A stretch of 63,813 bases of DNA from Rhina ancylostomus (lineage: Eukaryota): NCBI GenBank assembly GCA_030265395.1, contig JARFYF010000017.1, forward strand, positions 28,013,979 to 28,077,791. Direction: 5' to 3'. The notes beneath the pieces are model-generated. The model saw only the letters and a list, made by a program, of their open reading frames with translations, was not told where the DNA came from and made no database searches. This document shows, one piece after another, positions 26,401 through 40,009 of the stretch (positions are counted from its first letter, which is position 1; the number at the start of each line of letters is the position of its first letter). The translations under genes and the position numbers were made by a program.

Positions 26401-29400
26401 ACCCTCTTCATTCAGGTAGTAGTGGGAATCTTTATTCAGCACTTTACCTGCTCAATAAAGGTTCCCAGATATCTGAACAATATTCAAAAATAGGTTGGAA
26501 AATAGATTGAGCTAACATCAGCATCTCTCTTCTTGTATCAACAGCACTGCAGCCTTGTTATAGTGATTTAGCTGTAAAATTGTTGCCATAGTCTGCAAAC
26601 AGTTAAGAATTTATTATGCAAACAATATATTAAGTTTCATTTAGTTTTTGGTTATTTTGCTCTGATAGATTTATTATACCTATAATCTGAGAGAATTGAA
26701 AAAAGATTAGACTGCAGACCAGGTTAACCTTATCTAATCTTTTAATAATTTAGGAGAAACTGACCTAGAAATATAGCTAAAATTGAAATAGACCTAAGTT
26801 GCAGGAAGGTCAGTTGTTTTAAACACTTTGTTAACTAGTTACTTTCATATGTAACACTTGACTTCAGTGCTATAAAGGTACCTGACCTAAATTAGAGACA
26901 GAGCATATGACATTAAAGCATAATGAAAATCTTGGACCAGTTTGGAGAGCAATCAGAAACAGTAGATTGGGTTAATTTTTTGTACTGTTAACGGTGATGT
27001 GCCAACTACAGTGTGTATAAAGGAATGGCTATAGTTTTGCCTTTGACAACCATTAGAAAATTTGGTGCCAGAATGGACCCAACCTTTCTATTTTTTTTTC
27101 AGAAATGGTCTGCAACTTCAGTCAATTACATATGTACTGTATGGTTAAACACGGAAATCTAGAGGTTGCTGTCCAAAATGTGCTTCCCTTCCATAAGCTG
27201 CAGAAAATGACATTAAACTTCCTAGATCCCTTTAAAAAGTATGGGAAAGTAAGAATTAGCATACAAGTTATATTCATCCAAAAGATTAAGGGATGTCTAA
27301 TTTGTCCTAAGCAATTTTTAACAGAGTTTTAAGACTGAATTACTGCCAGACAACATATCTGACAATAAAAACTGATTTCTTTTGGCTAGTTTTAAATTTT
27401 TTTTTGGTTTTTTTCTGCCTTTTTTCTGTCATGTTAATCTTACTTTCCCTCTCTTTACTTTCTATATCTTACAATTTGTGGTTCAGACTTTAAACTGTAT
27501 ATTCCCAATCCTGAAAGTATTTTGGTTAAGGAGATTAATGAGTTCATTAGCCATGACATTTGAGCATTACGGATGCCTTTGAAGGTCCATACTGAAGTCA
27601 GCAGAAATCATGCACAATATGGAGCAAATTCCCAGTATTTTGGTAAGGGTGTTGTTCACAAGGAATAGCCAAAGAAAATATTCAGAGTATCATAACAATA
27701 GCGGCCCAGCCAACAGCTTCTCTAAACCTTGAACACAATAGCATGACTTCTGCAGTAATTGTACAAATGCTATTTCATGGTTGATTATCAACCATTCACA
27801 AATTAGTTCCTTGTTGATTTATTTCCAATTGTTACTAAAAGTCTATGAGTGTTTCGTGCTTTCTATAGTGATTTTAAATTGCAAAGCTCTTGGGAGGGGA
27901 GTGACAAAAGTGGAAGGACTATGTCCTGACTTCAAAACCTCTGCATAAACTGGTTGCTTCTATGTCTTGGTGTGTTAGTAAACATTCTCCTTGTATGCCT
28001 GGGAGAAACAGCAGAGGGCATGCTGAACAGGCCAAGATAATGGAATCATGGGCAGAAGGAGGGAGGGAGGAACTCTCAGACAGAGGCCATACTTGCTTTG
28101 GGAGTTCAGTGAGCAATTCCCAAACCAGCAAGGAATAACATGTGAGATATTTGCCCTTCCATAAAGATGTCCTTATTGAGAGCTGTCTTTGCCTGCAATC
28201 ATGTGCAATTTCTGAACAGGCAAAAGGACCAGTTTCCCTGTGACCATCAGAGTGACAAACAAGACAAACAAGTGCTTTCCTGGTTGGAATTAAAATTATT
28301 TGCAGTATCTTGCAATTCATGGGAAGATTGCAATTCTTAGGTATCTGAAATAAAAAGGTATGACACCAAGAATGTGCACCTAACGTTATTCAGACAGATA
28401 TCCAGGCCAATGGGTGCCATTTCAACCAGAGAAAGTTATTGCAATGCACACCAGATTAAACTGATTTATGTGCATTTGATCCAACTTCTAGTCATCTGTC
28501 TTTAGTTTAGGAATAACAATGGCCATACAGATTTCTTACAGCATCTGAAATATTCAGTTGAGGTGGATATTATAATCTAATCATGGCAGTGATAGTGAAG
28601 GATGAGGATGTGACATAGTATCAAAAAAATATGGTTGGCATTTAGTGCTGAACTTCAGCAAGGATTTATGAGCCTGAATATTAAGTCATACTGACTGTCT
28701 AGCATTAAAGATTAAGGTTGCCATGCATGCCTACCTATTTATCTGAAGTAAACAAGGCACTTTCAGAATTCTAATTCCACAAGATATATACAAAACTGTC
28801 CATCAGCATCCTATTTGTAACACTGGAACAGAACTTGAAAATTACTTTTGAAAGTCAAAGTAAAGGAATGCTAAAATTGTCTGAAATGCATTTTAGGCAC
28901 CTGTCTATATATGTATTATTGCAATCAACCTTGCCAGGGAAAATGAAAAAGGTAGCCTAGAAATTGTTGTTGATGAATTATTTAGTTTACTTTTAAGCTT
29001 TCAGAAATAATTAAGCCTGCTGGTTTGCAAAGATTTTGAGGTTTTCAATCTGGAATCTGTTTCTCCCAAAAGTCGAACATCCAATACCACACAAGAAAGA
29101 GTAATCTTAATAATCAGCTCTGAACTACAATACGGGTCAATGAAATACACAGTAGTTTCTCAGGTGAGATAAGGGAGAGAGGGGCACTTGTAGTTGATTC
29201 AATCAATGTCATTGGACTGACCTCAATTGTCCATCTATTGGTTTTGAATTAGAATGAAGCAAATAAAATAATTCCATTAGAGAAATCCCCTTGGTTAAAT
29301 CCACATTTCACTACTTATTTCTCTCTTTCTATTGGCATCTGGAATGTTAAATGGTTCTCTTTCTACAAATGTTGGCTGACCTGCTTAGTTTTTCTAGCAT

Positions 29401-32400
29401 TTTTCATTTTTATGTCTTGTGACTCAGATTTTCTTAGCCTACCCATATAAATCTAGCCTGCCAGACAGGTCCCAGCTTCTTAACATTAATGACTCATCAC
29501 AAAGACCACAGAGCTTAATGTGCTGGTAACTACTGCCATTAAAACATGTTCATGTTATCACAGACTTTGCCTTTGTCCTATACATCCTTCCTCCNNNNNN
29601 NNNNTTACAGTTCTGAAGAAAGAAGACTGACCCAAACATGCATTGCTTTTTCATAGATACCACCTGGCTTGCTGAGTTTTTCCAGCAATTCCTGTTTTTT
29701 TTTACAGCATTGTTTTTATTCTCTCTGCCTTTATTCATCTCCCTTTAATTACAGTTCCCCATGACGGATCAGTTGCAATTAACCAGTCTTCATCCCTCTC
29801 TCTCTCTTTCTCCCTCAGCCAGAGTAGAGATAAAATAGGAAGCTACAGATATACCATCAACTTTTTGGGAAAATTCCAGAACCTATTATCATGAGCCTGT
29901 TGATAGGACAGACACAGCAAAGAAATAGAAAGGCAAATGACATGTTAAACTTTACCAGAAGGACAATCTACTGCAAAGCAGCTGAAGAACATGTGACCAA
30001 GGACATTCCCCTGAGAATCAACTGGAGCTGTGGGAATTGGTCTCCAATAACCATAAATATTCCCCATTGTTTTAAGTACTGGAGGATTTTAAACTGATGC
30101 ACTTTGACCTTAATTCTACTGGTTATCCTGGATAACATTGCCAGTCAAATGATATTTTGATTTCAAGGACATCTGTTTCCCTCTTTTCTGGCATCCAGCT
30201 CTTATATTTACATCAATGTGAAGGTTGTGGTCTGGTTGGGAGCCGTGTTACTAGCTGAATATTGGCCTGTGTCCCTTTCTTCAAAGATTGTTGGAATACA
30301 ATATGAAGAAGTGGTGCTTTAGTTGTACAGAAGTTTGGGGGATATGCCATCCCAAACCCTTCAGTCAGTTATAGCTACCCTATCTCAGGAATGATACATT
30401 GGCCTTGGGGATACACTTCCCCAGAATGATATCAGGAATTATAAGGCTAAATGAGGAGGATAGATTGTATAATTAATGGTGACATACATTTAAAAAACAT
30501 AGGGATAATTATTGAATGGAAAATGAACTGGGCCAGGTATTAGTAATGAAATGAAATTAAATTAAATTAAAATTAATAACATGGATACAAGTGCAGGGCT
30601 GTGGTTATGTAATAGCTCACCTACTATATTCTCTAAGTATTTTCTCCCGTGTATAAGGCTTAAGGCTGGATTAGTATAGCCCTCCTAATGCTCAATGGTT
30701 TGTTCCATTTAAGACACATTTAGCTCATCTGCTAGTGATCAAAATATCCAACCCTCCATTGGTCTGTTGTTAGACAATGTTCAATCCAAATGGTACATTG
30801 TAGTCCCACTTTTCTCCCAATACACAAGGCAAAAGGAATATTTGTATCTACTACCCCTTCAAGTTCATCTCCAAAGCTCATAGATTCTGAACTGTATATA
30901 TTACCCTTCATAGCTATTAGGCCAAACTATTGAAATTTCCTACAAATACATTCCATTATCATAAGGTTTACAAAGGTAAGCGTAGAAGTCTCATTCCCAC
31001 AGAAATGGGAATAAAAATACAAACCTGTTAGCACCGTTCATTGCCTTAGAATTTTATTTTGAATGATGAAAAGCTGGTGCTTAAGGAACTATGCACACCA
31101 AGCTGTAGTTTTCACATTTATCTGCCTCAAGAACTATGTCCCAAGTAGTACTCTTCAAACTTTGTTTTCATTATTGGGTTCATTCTATTCAGTATTCTAC
31201 TGCTGAATTTGCTCAATGTGAAAGAGAATAAATTCAATCCAATTAGTCACTTAAGTGATAACCCAAAGAATCTGGAAGCTAAATTGTTATGGGTTTAGAT
31301 TGTTGCCAGGCACAGCTGGCCTGTTTCAGCATAAATTTACATCTTACACACTCCAGCTGTTTCCCAACAGTCTGTAATGTACTGAAAAGAGCATACAATA
31401 AAATTTGTATTAGCCTTTCTTCTAGTTAGGCAGGCCCATCAGCTTCCTCCACATTTACTGAGCTTTGAGCAGCCTGTTGAGTAGTATTATGAATAAATGT
31501 AAAGTTGATCATTTTAAAGTGTTTAAATCATATACTCTTTCTAAGCACAATTTGGTGACATATGTACATTTATATATACAAAGAAAAGGAAAAGACCAAT
31601 AGTGCCGTGCCTTCCAGGTACAGTGCAGCCAAAAACCCTATGAATCCACTTCTATAAGTACACACACTCAAAGGAGAGTCACTAATTCGGGAAAATATTG
31701 TGAAATTCTTTTTCAATTCCCTGAGGCAATCAAGCATAGATCCAGAGGATCACTATATATTACATTAATCCTTCTAATCCCAGTGCTGCAAATTTGCATC
31801 TTGCATATGTAACCTATCAGGTTTGGGAGTATATATCATTTCATTAAATGGATTCTAATTCTGTGGCATTTTAGCAAATACGTACACCAGAGAAAATAAG
31901 GTTTGCTGAAAGTAGGCTAACCAACAAAATGGCATCTTTAACACTCAGAATAAGTAGCATTTTATTTACGCGTGCCTCTTTAACTTTTCCATCAATGGAT
32001 TATTTATACTTTAGAGAAACAAGGTGATAAAGAATCATTAAGCCTCATTATTTCTCAGTTAGCAAATGAATATTCAGAGTTCAGTTTTGTATTTGGCCTA
32101 ATTATAGTGGGCCATGATTTTGTGCTGGAGTGTAAAAATGGCTGATAGTAAGTCAGCAGTCCCTTTCACAATCCTGATTTATATATCCATTGAAGTCAGA
32201 TGCAAAATGGGCTGTTGATTTGCATCAGGTGAAACATAAAATCACATAAAATACAACCTATCTGTATAATACTCCAAAATATTGAATACATTTTGCTTCC
32301 TTACATCATTAGATCACCTTGCCTGACAATCAAAATAGTTTCTAAACACCATTCGACTTGCTAGTATCCACTCTAATCAATAGTAATCTACTCTAACAGC

Positions 32401-33039
32401 CAATCACATTTCTATTTGTGCAACTACTTTCTCACTTTTTTTCCACTTATTTGTTCAAGAAATATGTGCGCTGCAGGCAAGACTGACATTCATTTCCATC
32501 CTTTATTGTCCCTTTGACTGAGTGGCTTATTAAATCACAATGGCAGGTCTGGAGTCAAATGGAGGGCAGACTGGATAAAGGTGGCAGATTTCCTCCCCTG
32601 AAGGACAAAGNNNNNTTTGCTACAGTCTGGTAGTTTAGTGGCCACAATTATTGATTCTATTTAAATTCCAGATTCATTTAATTACTTGAATTTCAATTCT
32701 CAGCTGATGTGGTAGATCTAGCTCCTCGTACAACAAGAACACATGCTTTAACATGGCTCTTATGAAATGTCTTCTAAAACTGTGTTTATGAGCTCACCTT
32801 ATCCATTCAGTCATATACTTTGCAAATTCATGCCAAGACTTTCTTCAGTGGTGGTATTTCTAAAGGTATTGTCAGACTTTGCCTATAATAAAGTTAACAA
32901 GCTGATTCTGCTCCTTTTCGAACATGCATGTGACATCACTTATGCTGTAGTGTCATGGCAAATTTTGCATACTTAAGAGGGACTAAAAATATGTGACCAG
33001 ACACTCTGCTCTGTCCTTTCTGACTCACTTCAGCAGCTA

Positions 33040-33500
33040 CGGGTACATGTTTCAGATTGGCAGGCCAGGCAGCATCAGCAGAGAGATGGTTCAGGTGGAT
33101 CAAATTACATCAGAACTAGGAAAAGTTTTAAATCAAACAACTTTTAAGAGGCAGAAAAGGGAAGAAAGGGGAATAAACAAAATGAAAACTGTATGATAGG
33201 ATGGAAAGCAGTGGAGNNNNNNNNNNNNNNNNNNNNNNNNACAAAGTGGAAGAAGATGGTAATAGAACAACTAAGGGAACATGAGCTCAGCTTCGAGGAA
33301 CTGCAAATGCAGAATAATTATCTGAAATTAACAGAAAAAGAAGTGAATATTGAATAACTGAAATACAAATATTGAAAATGGTGATTTTCTGAAATTGTTG
33401 AACTCAGTGTTGCAAGGTTCATAGGCAGGGGAGAAGGTTTTGTTCCTTGAGTTTAAATTGAACTTTGTTGGAACAGTGGAGGAGGTCATGGATAGAGGGG
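33040..33500 (-). mobile_element. Penelope-like element 3' fragment
   Basis: Antisense LLHCS...KL.EQNL...NTEFNNF (GIY-YIG C-terminus), followed by the gatgctgcctggcc tail. Confidence 0.6.
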
Positions 33501-36424
33501 ACATAAATGCAGCAACCATAGCATTTGGGTTTTTTGCCTCTGGTTTATGTTTGGATTTAGCTTTAATTTCTCTATTTATACGTATAACTCTTATTTTACA
33601 CCTTCATAGAATATATTTACTTTGTGTGCTGTCTAAAATAGAATATTTCCCACTTGCCTATGTGTTGCCTAGTTTGCTCAGTTAATTTAGTTCTTGATCC
33701 CTCGAGTTGCTAAATTCTGAATTTTCCGTTCAGTTTGAAACTCTTATATTTACCCTGTGTTATCCCTTTCTGTTCCTCCTTTGGACCTATGTTGAAATCA
33801 TCAATTTCTAACTTGTCTAAAGCTCAAATCAGTCATTTGCTCTGTTTAATTTCTAAGACAAGTGCAGCCTCTTTGATGAGAAATGTGTTGATCTTGGAAA
33901 CAGACTCATTCTGCTTTGGAAATCAGCATTATCTTTCTTTTTTGTCATAATTAAATAAAATCTTGATGATATTTTTTACACATTTCTCCAAATTGTCTGA
34001 AAATCTGTATTTAATTGTCATTGAATGCTTTGTCATCCACACTTTCAATTGTATCATTAGCTTTTCAATTTCTATTTCTTAATTATATCTACATGGATTT
34101 TTTTCATTTATTTTTACCATGTTGGCTATTTGTAGGTACTTCTATTTATACATTTTACATAATTTTTCAAGTCTCTATTTTACACTTTGCAACTCATTCT
34201 ACTCATTTTATTTCATTCTATAGCTGAAGTGCCAATCGTTTACTTATTTTTGAAGACTTTGATACTGTACAATGGATCATGATTATCTTTTATTTCATAG
34301 CTCTGATAGCTATTACACTTCTCTATATAAATGCTGATTGACCTATTATTTATTCCCTGCACTTCATGCTTTTATTCAAACTTCTAACATCTGCATTTTT
34401 TTTGTTTTTACCTAATTCGGCAATTTGGGATTCTATTCACTTTGAACTGAGATTTTCCAGCAATGATATGGGGCAGATGATAAGTGCAGGATCTTTTTGA
34501 GGGTTTTGTTCTGCAAGCAGGAGATTAATTTTACTGTTATAACTAAAATGCATACATTTGAGAGTTGTTTGTGTAGCATTCATATTCTATTTTGATATTT
34601 TAGTTATTTTACCCAATAAGCATGACCCTAAATTGACATTCTGAAAACTAAATTAATAGATGACAATTAATCAAATAAATGGATCATATAGATATTCCCA
34701 AGTTTCCAACTTTGTGTATTTTTATCCTTTAGTAACACTGTAGGTGCACTTAAATCCTACAAAATTGCCCTGCCACATATCGAACATACTTCAGCAATAC
34801 AACTTTCAGAGAATTCTATGTTCCTCTAACTTTGGGCTCTAATACAACCTCCAAACTCCTTGTACTTGAAAGTTGTCACTATCTTCAGTTGTGTTGGTCC
34901 ATGTTTCTGAATTTTCCACCCTAAACCTTTTCCACCTCACTCACCTCTATTGACAGCCTCCTTAAAATGTATCTCTTTGTCAGGCCTTTCTAACATCTCT
35001 GGTTTGGTGTCAAGTTTTATCTTTTTTATGATCATGTGAAGTGCCTGGGACATTTCCCATTTCTAGCTGCATGTTGTTGCTGTTCATTTGGAATTAAGAG
35101 TGTTCAGGGTTCACAATTAAAACCACATATATGTAAGTCCATGGTACTGAGCACTTCTTACAATGCCACTGACTTGAGACTATCCATTTGGTTAGATTAG
35201 AATATTCCAATGCTCCTTCATATATTGTAGCTCACTGTCCTCAANNNNNNNNNNNNNNNNNNNNNNNNNNNCCCACATTATGTCCTATACTCACCCCTCC
35301 AATGTGTCCTATCACTCTATCATTAGCATTCCAACCCATGTCTTATTGACAAACCCTAATGACATTTTAAAATTTCTTTTAAGCAAAGGCTGAGTATACT
35401 CATTTTACTCTTCTATCTCTAATTTACTTTCCAGCTCCTCTTCTTGGTCAATGTCATCAGTCTACTAAATTTACAGTACTTCACAATATTCTTTAGAACC
35501 TGACAAAGGGTCTCAACCAAAACGTTGACCATCCCTTTACCTCCACTGATGCTGCTTTTCTGCTCTTGTGTCTCCTTCTATTTGATCCTGTTTTTTGCCA
35601 CTTCTACAAGTTTTATTTGCCTTTCTGAAGTGCTCTGGAATGTTTTATTATGCTCAGTTTTTAATGATTCTTAGTGTTCTGGCCAGTCAATGATGCAATA
35701 AATACAAACAGCTTCAGGGAAAGACAAGCTTACAGACCTGCAGTGAATCCTTATGCTATAAGGCTGTTTATTAGAACCTGAAATTATATAAAATATATTT
35801 TCTCTAGCACATTCAAGAAACTTTTTATTACAGAGAGCTTTTATGTAAAGTATTTTTCAGGACTGGAGATATTGGAAATGCTCACTCCTCTACTGACTTG
35901 CATGTTAGGAGCCTTTCCGTTCAAATACCCATGTTTTTAATCATTTGATTAGATTTTTTTATTTAAGTGTTGACCTTTTCAGTTTATTTTCCATTAAGAT
36001 TTTTGCTTTCAAGAATGAGTTATATATGAATCGACAGTAACCCCAGTTCTGATGTGTGATGGATATTTAATTTTTGTTGCATTTAATGTGCTTGAACAGA
36101 AGATATCCTGATAAAATGTCTCTGCTCTCCATCCTAGGTGGTTCCTCAGGGTTGAGGATGTCTTGCTTTTTATACAGTGAAGAGTGGAAAATTAATGTGT
36201 GTGATTCCTTTTAACAAGTAGTTGCAAATCGGATGAAATATAACATAGTTGGACCATATCTATGTCAACTAATTAACTTTTTCTTATCTTTAACTTTTGT
36301 TTCTCCTTTTAAGCAATTTTATTCATAACCCATAAAGCCTGTGCCAAAGAAGCAGCATTTTCTCTAAGAAAATATGCAAATTAATTATGAAATAAATCAA
36401 AGAAACACAGTTGTCAACAGGGTC

Positions 36425-37500
36425 TTCTCTATGAACTTCATGACTGTGTGGCTAAGCACAGCTCCGATGTCATATATAAATTCGCCAATAACACCACTGT
36501 TGTTGGACAAATCACAGTTGATGATGAGACAGCGAGAAAGGACACCTGGTTGAGTGGTGTCGCAACAACAACCTCTCATTCAACGTCAGTAAAATTAAAG
36601 AGCTGATTGTTGACTTCAGGAAGGCGAATGAGGGCAAACATGTGGCAACCTGCACTGGGGGCATCGGCGTGAAGAGAGTCAGCAGCTTTAAATGCCTGAG
36701 TATTAACATATCGGACAACCTGTCCTGGGCCCAGCTCATACTGAAGGCACACCAGCATCTTTACTTTCATAGGGGATTAAGGAGGTTTGGCTTATCACCA
36801 AACATTCTAACGGATTCCTACAGATGTACTGTTGAAAGTATCCTGACTGGTTGCATCATGATCTGGTATGGCAATTTGAATGCACAGGGATGTAAGAAGC
36901 TGCAGAATGTACTGGACTCAGCCCAATACATCANNNNNNNNNNNNNNNNNNNNNNNNNNNNNNNNNNNNNNNNNNNNNNNNNNNNNNNNNNNNNNNNNNN
37001 NNNNNNNNNNNNNNNNNNNNNNNNNNNNNNNNNCCAATACATCATGGGCACATCCTCCCCCTCCATCTGTAGTATCTATAAGAGGCGCTGCTTCAAGAGG
37101 CAACATTCATCATCAAAGATTCATACCATTTGAGCCATGCCATCTTCTCTCAGTTGCCATCGGGCCGGGAGTACAGAAGCCTGATGCCCCACACCACCAG
37201 GTTCAAGAACATCTACTTCCCTTCAACCATTCAGTTCTTGAACTAACCAGCACAACCTTAATCACTACAGTTTAGAAGACGAGAACCACTTTGATCACTT
37301 TCCACTAAAATAGACTTTGTTTTATTTTGTTTTTAATTCTGTTCTTTCTTGTAAAATTGTGCATAATTTATATTTTTCTTATGAATTCTGCTTATTTAAT
37401 GCTATGTGTCTGTGATGCTGTTGCAAGTTTTTCATTGCACCTGTGCATACATGTACTGTGCATATGACAATAAACTCAAATTTAACTTTGATTTTTGACT
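36425..37500 (+). mobile_element. Rex1/Babar-clade LINE, RT C-terminal half plus 3' UTR
   Basis: HDCVAKHSSDVIYKFANNTTVVGQI (decayed FADD), LVEWCRNNNLSFNVSKIKELIVDFRK, KAHQHLYFHRGLRRFG...YRCTVESILTGCIMIWYGN. The tail ends gacaataaac plus short repeats. Confidence 0.88.
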
Positions 37501-38663
37501 TTTTGTCAGATAGATGAAACAACTCCCTCCAACCACTGAAAGAACAACTCCCTCCAAGTCATGCACCTACCTGACTTTCGTGTATTTTATCCTTCGCCTT
37601 TGCTGGATCACCATCTCGCAATTTCCTACCAAACACAATTTACAAATGACCTTATGAACTATTTATAAAGAAGGATCATAATTATCACTTTGCAATTGTT
37701 CATATTTCAATAAAGTTAATGAAACAAATCCAGGGGTAAACAAAGGCTGAGAAAGTTAAAGTAAGAAGAAAGAAATTATAAACTATAGAGCAATGGCAGT
37801 CCCAAATGTTGAAAGTGAACGTGGAATATCTCTTAGAGCTGGTCAGATTCATGTTGTAAAACCCATGGGCTAGAAATTGTTTTGCTGATTGAATGATAGA
37901 TTAAAATTGTGCTGTGCAGGGGACCTGTTCTACTTTGTCCATACCAGTTATTGTATGGTTTCTGTGAATGTTCCCTGTGTAAGGGTTTTAGCATTTCGAA
38001 TTTCTCCATTAACTTTTAATATGACTAATTCCAGGAGATTTTGGGTGCTCATGAAATTACTTCAAGCAGGAGAAGTCTGGCTAAGTCCAGCTATGGCTCG
38101 AAGGCATGCAACACAGAATAGTGACACAGGCGCAGCGATAGGAAAGGCAACTCTGTTTCATGGATGCAGATGTGGTGGAAATGTGCATTAGGAACTCCAG
38201 GAAGTGCCCAGAGCTGAGGTGAAGTGTCAATGCAAGGAAGATGTTAGAAAGATCTATGCCTGTAGTGATGCCCTGAGGATCTGGTCCTAGTGCCTAAAGA
38301 AATACGGCTTAGAGCTGTAGACGCAAACTGGAGAGGACTCTTCCTTTCCCAAGTGTCAGTCAGTTGGAAGAAAGAGTGCTGGTTATCATCAGCTCAGCTT
38401 CCACTAAGCCCAAGGGCTTCAGTGGAACCAAACTTATTCTATCCCATCACATCCGTCCCTTCACATCTGATTCTCCTCATCCAAAATATGTTCTGCCTCA
38501 TAACTTGTCCATTTTACCAAAACCNNNNNNNNNNNNNNNNNNNNNNNNNNNNNNNNNNNNNNNNNNNNNNNNNNNNNNNNNNNNNNNNNNNNNNNNNNNN
38601 NNNNNNNNNNNNNNNNNNNNNNNNTCTCTTCTGTTGACAAAAGCACGCCCCCCACCCCCCCCC

Positions 38664-38666
<3 letters not shown>

Positions 38667-38696
<30 letters not shown>
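38667..38696. repeat. (CA)n microsatellite preceded by a C-rich run
   Basis: Direct reading: cccccc cacacacacacacacacacacacacacaca. Confidence 0.95.
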
Positions 38697-38699
<3 letters not shown>

Positions 38700-38759
38700 A
38701 TCTTAAAGGGATACTCACTAATAGTAACCTAGTCCATAACACAGTCCCAGTACCTCACT

Positions 38760-38998
38760 TATTTCCCTGTAACTATTCTCTCTTACATGCCTATCAACAT
38801 CCACTGATTCTGCTCTAACCCACCCACACTAGGGGTTAATTACAGTAACCAATTAACCTGCCAGCACATCCTTGGGAGGAACATGGAGGAAACCAGTGCA
38901 GTCACAATCTCCAAACATATGGCAGAGGAAGTCAGAAGCAAATGTGGGCCATTAAAGCTATGAAGCAGCAGCATTACCTGCTGCACCATTGTGTCTCC
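38760..38998 (-). mobile_element. Decayed V-SINE
   Basis: Antisense pattern cacactaggggttaattacagtaaccaattaacct...ggaggaaacc..gcagtcaca...gcagcagcattacctgctgcaccattgtg. Confidence 0.7.
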
Positions 38999-40009
38999 CA
39001 TATTCTTGTGCCTTTCCCATTTCAATTGCACAAGCCTGTCTCCACCTTACCACCCTCCCAGCATGAGCCTTGTGAATCCAAGGAGAAGGTAGACACAATG
39101 TTACTGCTTCTGTCACCAACATCCAAAAGCAATGATCTTTACACTTTGCATAATACGAGGGAAGCTCAGAGGAAGGACTAGCATCTGGTGAGTCACCAGT
39201 CACTAGTCACAAGTGGACAGAAGCCAAGCCAGTGGGATAGGGTAGTTCATTGAACACCTACCTACTGGGCTAGGTTGTGCACCAGTTCCAATCTAGATGG
39301 CCCAGCTGAGGACATAGATGGGGCAGCCTCCATAGAAAGGCTGAAGAAATGTTTGGGCCATTGTCCAGCATGCTCAAGGACCCATGTGAGATGCCAAGGA
39401 GTGCGGAGGAGTCCAACACTAACCTTGCACAGATCGTTGCTTGGTGCCTGGAACTCATCCATTCCAGCACAGAAATGATGACTAGGACCAAGTCAGCACT
39501 CACAAACCCAATGGTGGGGCAGTGTGTGATGAAGAGGTTTCAGCTTCCATTGCAGTGCAGGCCAAGGCTGACCAATGCCTGGATTCTCAGGTGGAAGCTC
39601 AGACCATTGTTATCCAAGCGTAGCTTGCTGTCAGTCAACTGCAGATTATAGCCACCATAATGCTAAATTCAGTTGTTGATAGGTTACTATGAAAGCCCAG
39701 CTCAGTAGGTACAATCTGCTACCATCTCTCAGGGCAGCATTCATGATCCCACTCCAGTGCCACTCCAGTGGTACCATCACAGTTGGACTATCTATTATCC
39801 AGCTTACCCAGAGTGTTGCCAGTACTCACATGACAGTGCCGTCCAAACCCTGGCCAATTGCACCAGTGCTGCTGCAGGCACCCTCCACAGCCATCTGCAA
39901 TGCCTTCCATTTCAAGGGAACAATTATCTATCAAGTTGACTGTAGCCTTGGAAGCAGAAATATGTTGAAATGGTAAGTCAAAGGCACACAGAAAGCAACA
40001 AATGCATTG

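Larger units (their letters stand above)
37860..39990 (+). mobile_element. Possible decayed PIF/Harbinger-type Myb/SANT ORF region
   Basis: GC-richer, coding-like decayed sequence. RIWS*CLKKY near 38275-38305 resembles the Myb/SANT-like RTW.QC.KKF motif. A later helical segment reads DIDGAA...MFGPL...RSAEESNTNLAQ. Recognition is tentative and no TIRs or transposase were identified. Confidence 0.35.

Noticed and set aside
27777-27795. Inverted repeat ATGGTTGAT-T-ATCAACCAT (also ATAGAATAT-T-ATATTCTAT near 40960)
   Set aside because: 9-bp arms are expected about once by chance in 64 kb of AT-rich DNA, and there is no supporting context.
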